From contig CAVVLX010000007.1 in the NCBI GenBank assembly GCA_963749195.1, forward strand, positions 396,031 to 460,030: a stretch of DNA of 64,000 nt, written 5' to 3'. The first letter of the stretch is position 1, and every line of letters begins with the position of its first letter. Position numbers and translations under genes: made by a program. The stretch comes from an uncultured Thermoplasmata archaeon. GTDB lineage: Archaea; Thermoplasmatota; Thermoplasmata; Lutacidiplasmatales; UBA184. The notes beneath the pieces are model-generated. The model was not told where the DNA came from and did no database searches. It saw only the letters and a program-made list of their open reading frames with translations. Below are positions 40,358-49,787 of the stretch, in pieces.

Positions 40358-41745
40358 ACGCCTGGATCGGGCCGATCATCGATGCGATCTACGTGGTCGC
40401 CGTCATCGCCTTCATCCTCGGCCTCAAAGCGCTGAGCTCTCCCGAAACCGCCCGTCGGGGGATCGTGTATGCGGGGATCGCGATGCTCGTCGCCGCGGTC
40501 GTCACGATCTTCACGCCGGGACTTTCGAATTTTGCGCTGATTGCCCTCGGGGTCATCATCGGAGGCGGCGCCGGTTTCTACTGGGCCCGGGTCGTCAAGA
40601 TGACCGCGATGCCCCAGATGGTCGCGATCTTCAACGGCATGGGAGGCGGAGCGGCGGCGGCGATCGCCGCGATCGAGCTGCTGGCGGGGCTCGGCGATAC
40701 GACGACCGCGTCGTTGAGCGTGGCCGGCGCCGTCATCGGGTCGATTTCGATCGCGGGGAGCATTATTGCGTTCCTCAAGCTGCAGGGGTGGCTCCGTTCG
40801 AAACCGATCGTCTATCCCGCCCAGCAACCGACCAATATCGCGGTGCTGTTGGTGGGACTCGGATTCGGGGTATGGGCCGTGATCCAGACCCACGCCCTCT
40901 GGCTCCTCCCATTCTTTCTCTTGATGCTGCTCTTCGGAGTGCTTCTGACCCTTCCGATCGGGGGCGCCGACATGCCGGTCGTGATCAGCCTGTTCAATGC
41001 CCTCACCGGAGTGGCCGTAGCGCTCGACGGATTCGCCCTCGTGAACGGTCCTCTCGGAGACGCCGGATATGCGATGGTGATCGCCGGCACCCTCGTCGGG
41101 GCCGCAGGTTCGCTACTCACCATCCTGATGGCTCGAGCCATGAACCGTTCCGTGGGAAGCGTGATCTTCGGCGCCTTTGGGGCGACGGAAGAGGAGGGCG
41201 GACCGATCGCCGGCGCACTCAAGCCGATCGAAGTGGAGGATGCGGCGGTCCTGATGGAGTATGCGAACCAGGTGATCATCGCCCCGGGGTACGGAATGGC
41301 GGTCGCCCAGGCGCAGCAGAAGGTGAAGGAACTCACCGACGTGTTGGAAGCGAGAGGGGTGGCGGTCAAGTTCGCCATTCACCCAGTCGCGGGCCGAATG
41401 CCGGGCCACATGAACGTGCTGTTGGCGGAGGCCGGGATCTCCTACGACAAGCTGTTCGATCGAGAGGAGATCAATCCGGAATTTGCCACCACCGACGTCG
41501 TCCTCGTGATTGGGGCCAACGACGTGGTCAATCCGGCCGCCCGTCGAGCAGGGAGTGCGTTGCAAGGCATGCCGATCCTCGACGTCGACCAGGCGAAGAA
41601 CGTCATCGTGATCAAACGCGGTCAGGGGAAGGGATTCGCGGGCATCGAGAACGATCTCTTTTACAAGGACAACTGCCGGATGCTCTACGGAGACGCTCAA
41701 CAGGTCGTCGGGAAACTCGTCCAAGCGCTCAAGAAGCAGCCGTAG
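40354..41745 (+). CDS. pntB: NAD(P) transhydrogenase subunit beta
   Basis: 463 aa: N-terminal TM bundle plus C-terminal dIII NADP-binding domain (GYGMAVAQAQ...; VIGANDVVNPAA). ATGA overlap with pntAB. Confidence 0.9.
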   Translation: MNAWIGPIIDAIYVVAVIAFILGLKALSSPETARRGIVYAGIAMLVAAVVTIFTPGLSNFALIALGVIIGGGAGFYWARVVKMTAMPQMVAIFNGMGGGAAAAIAAIELLAGLGDTTTASLSVAGAVIGSISIAGSIIAFLKLQGWLRSKPIVYPAQQPTNIAVLLVGLGFGVWAVIQTHALWLLPFFLLMLLFGVLLTLPIGGADMPVVISLFNALTGVAVALDGFALVNGPLGDAGYAMVIAGTLVGAAGSLLTILMARAMNRSVGSVIFGAFGATEEEGGPIAGALKPIEVEDAAVLMEYANQVIIAPGYGMAVAQAQQKVKELTDVLEARGVAVKFAIHPVAGRMPGHMNVLLAEAGISYDKLFDREEINPEFATTDVVLVIGANDVVNPAARRAGSALQGMPILDVDQAKNVIVIKRGQGKGFAGIENDLFYKDNCRMLYGDAQQVVGKLVQALKKQP

Positions 41746-41844
41746 TCGGGTCGTCGAGCACGCCGCGCGCACGTTGCGCCGCTTCGACCGGGCCACGGGC
41801 TAATATGGACATCCGCGCTGGGCACGCGCGGTGGTCCTTCCCGG

Positions 41845-43266
41845 ATGGTTCCTGAGGGCGCGGACCGTCGTTCGATCGCCCTCCCTCTGGGATCGAACGC
41901 TCGCACCTACGCTCGCTACGCCGGAGCTTGGGTCGCGGGAGCGCTTCCGGCGTTCGCCGTCATTACCGCCCTGTGGGTCGACCCCAGCCGGTTTAACGGC
42001 CCGGCCGAGATTGCGCTCGCCGGCTTTGCCCTCATGTTCCCGCTCACCGTCCGGGTGATTGGGGTACGGCGACACGCGAGTTTCCTCTACTTCCTCCTCG
42101 CGGCCGGCATTGGCTTCGCAATCGTCTCGATTCTGACCGGGGCCGGGAACGGCCTCACCGACGAACCGTATACGACCCCTCGATTCGTTTCGGTGCTCCT
42201 CGCCCATCACGATCCGTACACGTATCCGTTGATTTTCAATTATCAGCAGTACGGTCAAACGCTGCACTCCGAATCGGTCTATCTCTATCTGCCGTTGTTG
42301 ATGTTCCTGCAATTTCCGGGGCTCGACTACAAGTGGTTCGCCGTGACGATGTGGGCCTTGATGGTGCTCGTCGTCCGGAATCGATTCGATATCGGAGTTT
42401 GGCTCGCGCAGCCCTACTTCGCGCTCATGGCGGCGAGCGGCTACAACGATTTTCCGGTCCTCTTGCTGATGACGCTCGCGTTTGTCGGAATCGGTGCGGG
42501 TCGACAAAAGTGGGCCGAGTACCTCGCGCTCGGTTGCAAGCAATTTGCCAATGCGATCGTGCTCGTCTACTACGTAGTGCGTCGGGATTGGAAGAACACC
42601 GTTTTGACGGCCGCCGTCAGCCTGGCGTTCGTGGCCCCGTTCGTCTGGTGGAGCGGTCCCACGGTTCTCTGCCCCTCGGTGCTGGCGGACCGATTGCCGG
42701 TGTGCGTCTCGGGAGGCGCTCCGACGTACCTGCTCAACTACTCGCTCTGGGTCGTCTGGGCCGTCGCGATCTTCTATGCCTCCGCGGCGACCGAGCTTCG
42801 TCGGGCCGCTCGAAGCGGTTGGCTCGCCGCCGCTCTACGACGGGTGCACCTCTCGATCGAGGAGGTGTTTCGCCTACCTGAGTTCGCCATCGTGGGCCTT
42901 TCCGGAGTATTCGTCAGCTTGGGCGCGCTGGTATTGATCCTTCGAACTACCGGCAATGACTCTGTCGGATTGATCCTCGCGAGCCTCGGCGGATTCCTCC
43001 TGACCACCCTTTGGACATTCGCATGGAATCGCGTTTGGGCGTTCGAGGGAATGTCGAACCGCCCTTCCGGAATCCACTTGGCGCTCTATCTACCCATTCA
43101 AGCCGCCGCCCTCACAATCTCCTTGATCGTCCTGGCCGGATCCGTCGCGCTCAATCGTTCCGAGGTCGTGGGTCAGGTCGTCGCATTCTTGCTCGGCACG
43201 ATTACAGCCTACGCGCTCAATCGACGATGGAACTTCCGCGGGGAGATTCCACGGCCGGCCGTGTGA
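41845..43266 (+). CDS. polytopic membrane protein (paralogue of 36662..37771) fused to a C-terminal GtrA-like domain
   Basis: N-terminal about 330 aa share motifs with the paralogue (see 36662..37771). The C-terminal about 130 aa have four TMs with a GtrA-like pattern (FAIVGLSGVFVSLGALVLIL...WNRVWAFEG...AYALNRRWNF). Confidence 0.6.
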   Translation: MVPEGADRRSIALPLGSNARTYARYAGAWVAGALPAFAVITALWVDPSRFNGPAEIALAGFALMFPLTVRVIGVRRHASFLYFLLAAGIGFAIVSILTGAGNGLTDEPYTTPRFVSVLLAHHDPYTYPLIFNYQQYGQTLHSESVYLYLPLLMFLQFPGLDYKWFAVTMWALMVLVVRNRFDIGVWLAQPYFALMAASGYNDFPVLLLMTLAFVGIGAGRQKWAEYLALGCKQFANAIVLVYYVVRRDWKNTVLTAAVSLAFVAPFVWWSGPTVLCPSVLADRLPVCVSGGAPTYLLNYSLWVVWAVAIFYASAATELRRAARSGWLAAALRRVHLSIEEVFRLPEFAIVGLSGVFVSLGALVLILRTTGNDSVGLILASLGGFLLTTLWTFAWNRVWAFEGMSNRPSGIHLALYLPIQAAALTISLIVLAGSVALNRSEVVGQVVAFLLGTITAYALNRRWNFRGEIPRPAV

Positions 43267-43429
43267 AGCCGTCTCCGTGTCGCTCCGCGGCCGAAAGGGG
43301 CAGTGCTTCGCCGATTCCTCGGGAGGGATAGGGAGAGACTTCGAGAAGGGAGTCCTCATAACCTCGAGAAGTCTAGAACGGTTGAGACGGAACCCCATCG
43401 CCAACGCGGATCGGGGCGCCGAACAGACT

Positions 43430-44770
43430 ATGAGCGACCCCGAACCAGCGAACGCTACAGCCCACGAGACGACCGTCGATTTCGAAACGATGCCCTTGCA
43501 CGCATCCCTTCGACAAGGGGTTCGGGAAATGGGGTACCGATCGGCCACGCCGATTCAAAGCCGCACGATTCCCGATGCCGTGCTCGGTCACGATCTTGTC
43601 GCGACGGCCCAGACCGGAACCGGCAAGACGGCCGCCTTTCTGCTCCCGATCCTCGAACGGACGCTCGATCTACCCACGGGTCGAATCCATGCCTTAGTGC
43701 TGACGCCGACCCGAGAGCTAGCCGTGCAGGCGGAGGGATTTCTGCGTCAACTCGGTCGCCATACGCGACTGCGCGGAGCCGCCATCTACGGCGGGGTGGG
43801 CATGCGAGACCAAGAGCGAGCATTGCGCGGAGGGGCGGAGATCATCGTCGCCACTCCCGGACGGTTGCTCGACCACATGCAGCGCGGAAACGTTGACTTT
43901 CGGTCCGTCAAAATTCTCGTGCTGGACGAAGCCGATCGAATGCTCGACATGGGATTCCTGCCCGATGTGCGACGGATCTTGAGGGACCTTCCCCGCGACC
44001 GCCAAACCATGCTCTTCTCGGCCACCATGCCTCCCGAAGTCGTTCGCCTTTCCCACGATTTCTTGCGCGACCCTCGTCTCGTCCAGGTCGGTCCCACGAC
44101 GGTCGCCGCTGTAGGAGTCTCCCATCTGGCGCTTCCCGTCCCCTCTGCCCGAAAACCCGCTTTGCTTCAGGAACTCCTGCGGGATGAACTCATGACGAGT
44201 GTCCTCGTCTTTGCGCGCACCAAACACCGCGCCGACCGATTGGCCCGGCAGCTCTCTCACTGGGGTATTCCGACCGCCGTGATCCACGGCAATCGAAGTC
44301 AAAGCCAACGGCTGCACTCTCTCGAGGGATTCCGACGCGGAGACTATCGCGTGCTCGTGGCGACCGATATCGCGGCTCGAGGGATCGACGTGGAGGGGGT
44401 GAGCCACGTCGTGAACTTCGACGTGCCCCACGAACCGGAAATCTACATCCATCGGGTCGGCCGGACCGCACGAGCGCAGCGACGGGGGGACGCCTTAACT
44501 TTGATCGGTCGGGAAGAAGAACCGGACTTCCAACGTGTGGAGCGTCTTCTCGGGTTCGAGATCGCGCGAGCTCGGATCCCCGGGTTCGATTACGATGCCC
44601 CTGCCGAGAATTTCTCTCCCTCCCCCTCTCCGCGCGACGGTCGCCGCCACAATAGTTCCCGGCGTTCTTCGGGTCGGTCGAACTGGGATCGAAGGTCCGC
44701 GCCCAGGAATCTCGATCATCGGGACCGCCGGTCCTCGGCGGGCCATCGGCCCCGTCTCGGCAACCGATAG
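43430..44770 (+). CDS. DEAD-box ATP-dependent RNA helicase with an Arg/Ser/Gly-rich C-terminal tail
   Basis: Q-motif GYRSATPIQ, motif I AQTGTGKT, DEAD motif in VLDEADRMLDMGF, SAT, HGNRSQSQR; RS/RG-rich tail. Start at ATG 43430 (MSDPEPAN). Confidence 0.85.
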   Translation: MSDPEPANATAHETTVDFETMPLHASLRQGVREMGYRSATPIQSRTIPDAVLGHDLVATAQTGTGKTAAFLLPILERTLDLPTGRIHALVLTPTRELAVQAEGFLRQLGRHTRLRGAAIYGGVGMRDQERALRGGAEIIVATPGRLLDHMQRGNVDFRSVKILVLDEADRMLDMGFLPDVRRILRDLPRDRQTMLFSATMPPEVVRLSHDFLRDPRLVQVGPTTVAAVGVSHLALPVPSARKPALLQELLRDELMTSVLVFARTKHRADRLARQLSHWGIPTAVIHGNRSQSQRLHSLEGFRRGDYRVLVATDIAARGIDVEGVSHVVNFDVPHEPEIYIHRVGRTARAQRRGDALTLIGREEEPDFQRVERLLGFEIARARIPGFDYDAPAENFSPSPSPRDGRRHNSSRRSSGRSNWDRRSAPRNLDHRDRRSSAGHRPRLGNR

Positions 44771-44811
44771 ACACGAACTTTATCGGTATCTACGCCCCCC
44801 CGGGGAGCCGT

Positions 44812-46017
44812 GTGACGAAATCGGGTTCGTTGCTCAAAGCGCTGGAATGTCGCGCGTGCTGCACGCTCGTCGACCCAGAATATCGGGTGGGGGTCTGCCC
44901 CACGTGCGGGCAGGCTCTGTTCGCCACGTACGACCTCGGTCAACTCGATCCGCGTCCGTGGCGAACCGCCATTTCGGAACGACCATCCAACCTGTGGCGC
45001 TACCGAGAGTTACTCCCTGTCCGAACGCTCGAATCGATCGTGTCGCTTGGAGAGGGAATGACTCCCATCCTAACGCTCACCGACATTCCGCAGGCCCCAG
45101 CGATCCGGGTCCTCGTGAAAGATGATGGACTCCTCCCGACGGGATCCTTCAAATCCCGCGGAATGGCGGTGGCCGTGTCGCGGGCTCGCGAGCTCGGCGT
45201 GAACGATTTCTTCGTGCCGAGCGCCGGCAATGCCGGCGTGGCACTTTCCGCCTACGGTGCCCGCGCGGGGAGTCACGTTCGAATCTACCTTCCCCAACAG
45301 ACCTCCCCGTCCCTCCAAGAACAGTGCCGCCGGTACGGGGCGGAAGTCATCACCGTGCCCGGAACGATCCGGGAGGCGGGCCAGATGGGACGGGCGGCGG
45401 AGGCGAAGCAGGGTTCATTCGATATGTCGACGTTGCGTGAGCCTTATCGCGCGGAAGGAAAGAAGACCATGGGCTTCGAAATCTACGAGCAAAGTCCGGA
45501 AGGGAGCTTCCCAGACGCGATCCTTTATCCTACGGGCGGTGGAACGGGCCTGATCGGAATGTACCGTGCCTTCGAGCAACTTCGTGAGCTCGGGCTGATC
45601 GAACGGATTCCGCGGCTCTACGCAATTCAACCCGAGGGCTGTGCCCCGGTCGTCCGTGCCCTGCGAGATGCGTCGGCGTCAGTGAAACCGTGGGACGATC
45701 CCCACACGCTCGCGCCTGGGCTCCTCGTCCCCGCTCCGTTCGCCTCCGAACGGATTCTCGAGAGCGTTCGCGAAAGCCGCGGCAACGGGGAGACGGTCAG
45801 CGATCGCTCGATCCTCGACGCGATGGCGGAGCTTTCCGCTCGGCACGGCCTCTCGGCCTCCCCCGAGGGAGCCGCGCCTTTCGCGGCGCTGGGTCCGCTG
45901 GTGCGAAATCGCGAGATCCGCTCGGGAGAAACGGTGTTGTTGTACAACACCGGCACCGGGCTCTCCTTCTCGTTGGACCACCTGAGAAAGATGCTCGCTG
46001 ACGTAGGCGACTTATGA
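44812..46017 (+). CDS. thrC: threonine synthase with an N-terminal zinc ribbon
   Basis: GTG start. CRAC...CPTCG ribbon. PLP-lysine motif PTGSFKSRGMAVAVS. Trp-synthase-beta-like fold. Confidence 0.85.
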   Translation: MTKSGSLLKALECRACCTLVDPEYRVGVCPTCGQALFATYDLGQLDPRPWRTAISERPSNLWRYRELLPVRTLESIVSLGEGMTPILTLTDIPQAPAIRVLVKDDGLLPTGSFKSRGMAVAVSRARELGVNDFFVPSAGNAGVALSAYGARAGSHVRIYLPQQTSPSLQEQCRRYGAEVITVPGTIREAGQMGRAAEAKQGSFDMSTLREPYRAEGKKTMGFEIYEQSPEGSFPDAILYPTGGGTGLIGMYRAFEQLRELGLIERIPRLYAIQPEGCAPVVRALRDASASVKPWDDPHTLAPGLLVPAPFASERILESVRESRGNGETVSDRSILDAMAELSARHGLSASPEGAAPFAALGPLVRNREIRSGETVLLYNTGTGLSFSLDHLRKMLADVGDL

Positions 46018-46493
46018 AGTGGGTGACTCGAGAGAAGGCGAGAGTCGACCGGATCGCTTGCCCCTGGTTGATCCGGAACTTCGTCGATCCCGCCGCCGAA
46101 TTCCTTTACGTCCCCAAGGAGAAGGTTATGGAGGTGGCCAGGATGGAGGGGGCGATTCCGTTCGACGTACCGGGGGCGGCGCTCAATCACTTCGAGGAGG
46201 CCGGGAGCGAGCACGTGAGTTTTGATGCCATTATTCGGAAGTACGAGCTCACCGATCCCGCCTTGCTGGAGTTGGCGAAGATCGTCCGCGTCGCCGACGG
46301 GGGCTCGGGGCGGGCCGCCGAAGCCGCCGGACTGGAGGCCGCCGCGACGGGATTCCGACTAACGGCCAAGGACGACCTCGAGAATCAGCGCCTCCAGTTC
46401 CCGATGTACGATGCCTTGTACGCGTATTGCAAATGGAAGCTCGAGCAGGGAGGGAAACTCGAGCACACCGGCACTGAGGCTTCGCCGGGGTAG
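46014..46493 (+). CDS. ChrB C-terminal-domain-like (Chrome_Resist family) protein
   Basis: MKWVTREKARVDRIACPWLIRNFVDPAAEFLYVP matches the conserved N-terminus of this family. ATGA overlap with thrC. Confidence 0.45.
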   Translation: MKWVTREKARVDRIACPWLIRNFVDPAAEFLYVPKEKVMEVARMEGAIPFDVPGAALNHFEEAGSEHVSFDAIIRKYELTDPALLELAKIVRVADGGSGRAAEAAGLEAAATGFRLTAKDDLENQRLQFPMYDALYAYCKWKLEQGGKLEHTGTEASPG

Positions 46494-46568
46494 TGGATTG
46501 GACCGGGCGAGGAAGGCGCCGACTCTCCCAATCGACAGCGGACCGCAGGCGCCTCACCGAAAGCGACG

Positions 46569-47864
46569 ATGACCACGACGCTCCCCTCGGGTCTCAGCGG
46601 GCTTCGAATGCGCCGCGACCGGCTGTTGCTGATGGGGACCCGAACCGCCCGTGGGTTCGGTGCGGGCGCCCTATCGATCGTCATCGCCCTCGACCTGGCG
46701 GGGGTAGGGTATTCCTCCTTTGCAATCGGCACCATTCTCGGGCTCGCGCTCGGAGGCGCAGCGGTCTGGGCCGTGGCAGTGCCTCGGATTGAGTTGCATT
46801 GGCGTCGTCGGTCGGTGTTCGTTCTGTCGGCCGTGGCCCTTGCCTTCGGCGGGGCCCTTCTGTGGGTCGATATCGCTAGCCCGGTATTTCTGATCGCCGC
46901 CCTCCTTCTCGGCGGGATCGTTGCCGGCGGGGCCGACGTCAGCCCCCTCGGTGCCTTGGAGCAGGCCGCACTGGCGGGCACGACGGCGAATGCCGTAAGA
47001 ACGCAGACCTATTCGGTCTACAACCTCGCTGGATACGTGGGGGTGGCCTTCGGCGCCCTCGCCGCCGGATCTATCTCCAGCCTCAGCGGTTCGACGTCCC
47101 CGGGCTTGCCCCCAGGATCCCACGACGCGACGCTGCTTTTCTACGCCCTCCTTGGCCTCGCCCTCGTTCCCCTGTATCAGAGTCTTTCGATCGACGTCGA
47201 CTCTCAAGCGCGCGGAGACCGGCCATCTCCGCTCTCGCCCGCCAGCCGAGGGATCGTCTACTCGCTCTCCGCATTGTTCTCGGTCGACGCCTTCGCCGGC
47301 GGCCTGATCGTGAACAGCTTAGTCGTCTACTACTTCTCGACTCAGTTTCACCCGGGAGTCGATCTCCTGGGGTTCGTCTTCTTCCTTAGTAACTTGGCCG
47401 CCGGACTCTCCCTCGTCCTCGCGGCGCCGTTGGCCCGACGGTTCGGGCTCATCAACACCATGGTCTTCAGCCACATTCCGTCGAACATTTTCCTCATTTT
47501 GGTCATATTCGCCCCCAACTTTCTCATCGCGTCGTTTCTCTGGGTCGCGCGAGCGACGCTTTCCCAGATGGATGTTCCCACCCGCCAGTCGTACATGCAG
47601 GCGGTCGTACCCCCCGAAGACCGAGCCGCCGCGGCCGGTTACACTACCGCGGCTCGAAGCTGTCAGGCGTTCGGTGCCCCCGTCACGGGATCTTTCCTAG
47701 CGGCCGGCGGGCCGTGGGTCGCTGCCCCCTTCGCGCTCGCCGGCTGTGTGAAAATCGGGTATGATGTGGCGGTCTATTCACGGTTCCGTCGGCTTCGTCC
47801 TCCGGAAGAGATCGGGGGGAGCGCCGCAGCTACCGTCACCGCGCAAGTCTCGAAGCGGCCCTGA
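46569..47864 (+). CDS. MFS transporter
   Basis: 12 predicted TM helices in two 6-TM halves. Confidence 0.75.
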   Translation: MTTTLPSGLSGLRMRRDRLLLMGTRTARGFGAGALSIVIALDLAGVGYSSFAIGTILGLALGGAAVWAVAVPRIELHWRRRSVFVLSAVALAFGGALLWVDIASPVFLIAALLLGGIVAGGADVSPLGALEQAALAGTTANAVRTQTYSVYNLAGYVGVAFGALAAGSISSLSGSTSPGLPPGSHDATLLFYALLGLALVPLYQSLSIDVDSQARGDRPSPLSPASRGIVYSLSALFSVDAFAGGLIVNSLVVYYFSTQFHPGVDLLGFVFFLSNLAAGLSLVLAAPLARRFGLINTMVFSHIPSNIFLILVIFAPNFLIASFLWVARATLSQMDVPTRQSYMQAVVPPEDRAAAAGYTTAARSCQAFGAPVTGSFLAAGGPWVAAPFALAGCVKIGYDVAVYSRFRRLRPPEEIGGSAAATVTAQVSKRP

Positions 47865-47985
47865 CGCGACGCTGCTTGTCTCGCCCCGGCACGATAGGTT
47901 GCTCTCGATCGGTGATCCGACGCACTTCCGAGCCAGCGAGGTAGATCTCGGCGGGGGGGCCTGCTGAGTAGACGCTTGGGGGTCA

Positions 47986-48058
47986 TGGGCGCGGCCAGAT
48001 TCGAACTGGCGGCCTTCACCGTGTCAGGGTGACGTCATAACCACTAGACTACGCGCCC
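47986..48058 (-). tRNA. tRNA-Val (anticodon GAC)
   Basis: rc: GGGCGCG-TA-GTCT-AGTGGTTA-TGAC-G-TCACC-CTGACAC-GGTGA-AGGCC-GCCAG-TTCGAAT-CTGGC-CGCGCCC-A (73 nt). Confidence 0.85.
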
Positions 48059-48122
48059 ACCCGGCGGGCCACCCAGCGCCTGCTTCATATGGGTGTCGCA
48101 TGACCGGGGGCGCCGCGGAACG

Positions 48123-49673
48123 CTAGCCGTACCCGCCCGAAAACTGCCCCGGATCGGGATGCTCGTTCCAGGTGTAGTAGCCCATCGATTGGCGTTGCGA
48201 CTCGCTGACATCCTGACGAATGCCCCCTTGGAGCGATCCATAGGTCGCCCGAATCTGTTCTTCGATCGATCGAGCGCGCGCGAGGGCCTCTTTGAAGTGG
48301 GCCGGCTCCAAATAGGAACTTCCCGAGATCGCCGCGAGGTCGCCGGCGGTTCGGATCAGACCTCCGAGCTCACGCAGCCGAAGACTGAGCGCGTTTCGTC
48401 GCCCGTCGACGAGCTCGGCGCGACGGCGCGCCTCGCGGATCAGGTCGAGCAGGGCGTCATGCGTCGCCGGACGGATCCGGCCATCGACGGCGATCTCTTG
48501 GGCACAGAATTGGGCCAGCCTCATTTCATTCGCTTCGGTATCCGGCATCGTCGTCTCTAACAGGACCTCGTAGCCTCCACCGGCAATTCGAGATCGAAGC
48601 GGCGACAGGATCTTATGAATATCCTGAATGTTGGAAGCCGCCACCAAAATAAAATCGCAGGGAACGCCGTCCAGACGGACGGCAGCGCCGCCGGATTGAG
48701 GATTCCTCCCCGTGATCGGGAACCGCTTTTCCTGCATAGCCGTCAGGATGTGGCGTTGCAGGTGCCCGAGATGCGGCAGTTCATCGACGAAGAGCACGCC
48801 TTCGTGCGCTTCGTGAATCGCCCCGGGGATGACACGCTCGTAGGGAAGCGTGCCGAGCTGCGGATGGCCGCCGTACGGGTCGTGCCGAACATCGCCTAAG
48901 AGCTCGGTCTCGCTCGCTCCGGTCGCCATGAGAAACGTGTTCCGATCCAGTTTCACGAGCACCTTGCGCGGACTCTCCTTCTGAAGGGTCCGCCGGCGCT
49001 CGAGCGCCCGTTGGTCGAGCACTTTGATCTGCTCCCCGGCGCGTTCGTAAGCGACGACCTCTTCGGCCCCGTTCCGAAGTCGAGTCGTTCGGACGGATTC
49101 TTGGGGGTTCCCTCCGGGGCTGACCGTCAACTCTAGAATACCTCCGACCAGGTCCCGGAACGGATTCCCGCTCCCCGTCATGCCCGGCACGAGCTGCTTG
49201 AGATTTCCGCAGCTCGGGCAATATCGCTCGGCCGGCAGGGAATAGAAACTGCAGCGGGGGCAACGATAGCCGAGCCGTTCCGCGACGGACGCGGGGGCAT
49301 CCTGCGGGACAATGAGCTCCCCTTCGACCGATCGAGCGGCCTCCCGCTCGCGATGCACTTCGTCCCGAGTCACGATCTCGATCGAGGGGCGCTCCGGATT
49401 CTCCGGGTTATGAACCACTCGGAGCTCCGTCCGGGGTCGATCGAGGTGCAACGCCAGCGCCTGCGCCGTCATCGACTTTCCGATCCCCGGCGGCCCCACG
49501 AGGAGTAGATGTCGCCGTTGGAAGGCGGCGATCCGTGCGAGCTCCACGGCTTTTTCTTGGCCGATCACTCGCGCCAGCGGGTCCGTAGGAATCGGAATGT
49601 CATCCGTGGAGCGAACTTCGTCGAGAGATACCGGATTCCGCCGGCTTGGTTCGACGCCCGATGCCGCGCTCAT
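48123..49673 (-). CDS. Lon-related AAA+ ATPase (LonB-like ATPase module with a zinc-ribbon insertion and no protease domain)
   Basis: LLVGPPGIGKSM (Walker A), VLFVDELPHLG (Walker B), PCDFILVAASN, SPLRSRI (sensor 2), and C-terminal ...LSLRLRELGGLIRTAGDLAAI as in LonB. In place of the LonB membrane insert there is CPRCSF...CPSCG. The ORF ends right after the ATPase lid, without a Ser-Lys protease domain. Confidence 0.6.
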   Translation of the reverse strand: MSAASGVEPSRRNPVSLDEVRSTDDIPIPTDPLARVIGQEKAVELARIAAFQRRHLLLVGPPGIGKSMTAQALALHLDRPRTELRVVHNPENPERPSIEIVTRDEVHREREAARSVEGELIVPQDAPASVAERLGYRCPRCSFYSLPAERYCPSCGNLKQLVPGMTGSGNPFRDLVGGILELTVSPGGNPQESVRTTRLRNGAEEVVAYERAGEQIKVLDQRALERRRTLQKESPRKVLVKLDRNTFLMATGASETELLGDVRHDPYGGHPQLGTLPYERVIPGAIHEAHEGVLFVDELPHLGHLQRHILTAMQEKRFPITGRNPQSGGAAVRLDGVPCDFILVAASNIQDIHKILSPLRSRIAGGGYEVLLETTMPDTEANEMRLAQFCAQEIAVDGRIRPATHDALLDLIREARRRAELVDGRRNALSLRLRELGGLIRTAGDLAAISGSSYLEPAHFKEALARARSIEEQIRATYGSLQGGIRQDVSESQRQSMGYYTWNEHPDPGQFSGGYG

Positions 49674-49787
49674 CGTTCGGCCTACCCTACTTCTAGGTCA
49701 AGCCGGCGCTTAAGGTACCGCGCACGAGAGCCATACCGGCCCCGCGCGCGGCGAAAATGTAGGACGGTCGGAAGCCGCCGGTTCGTC

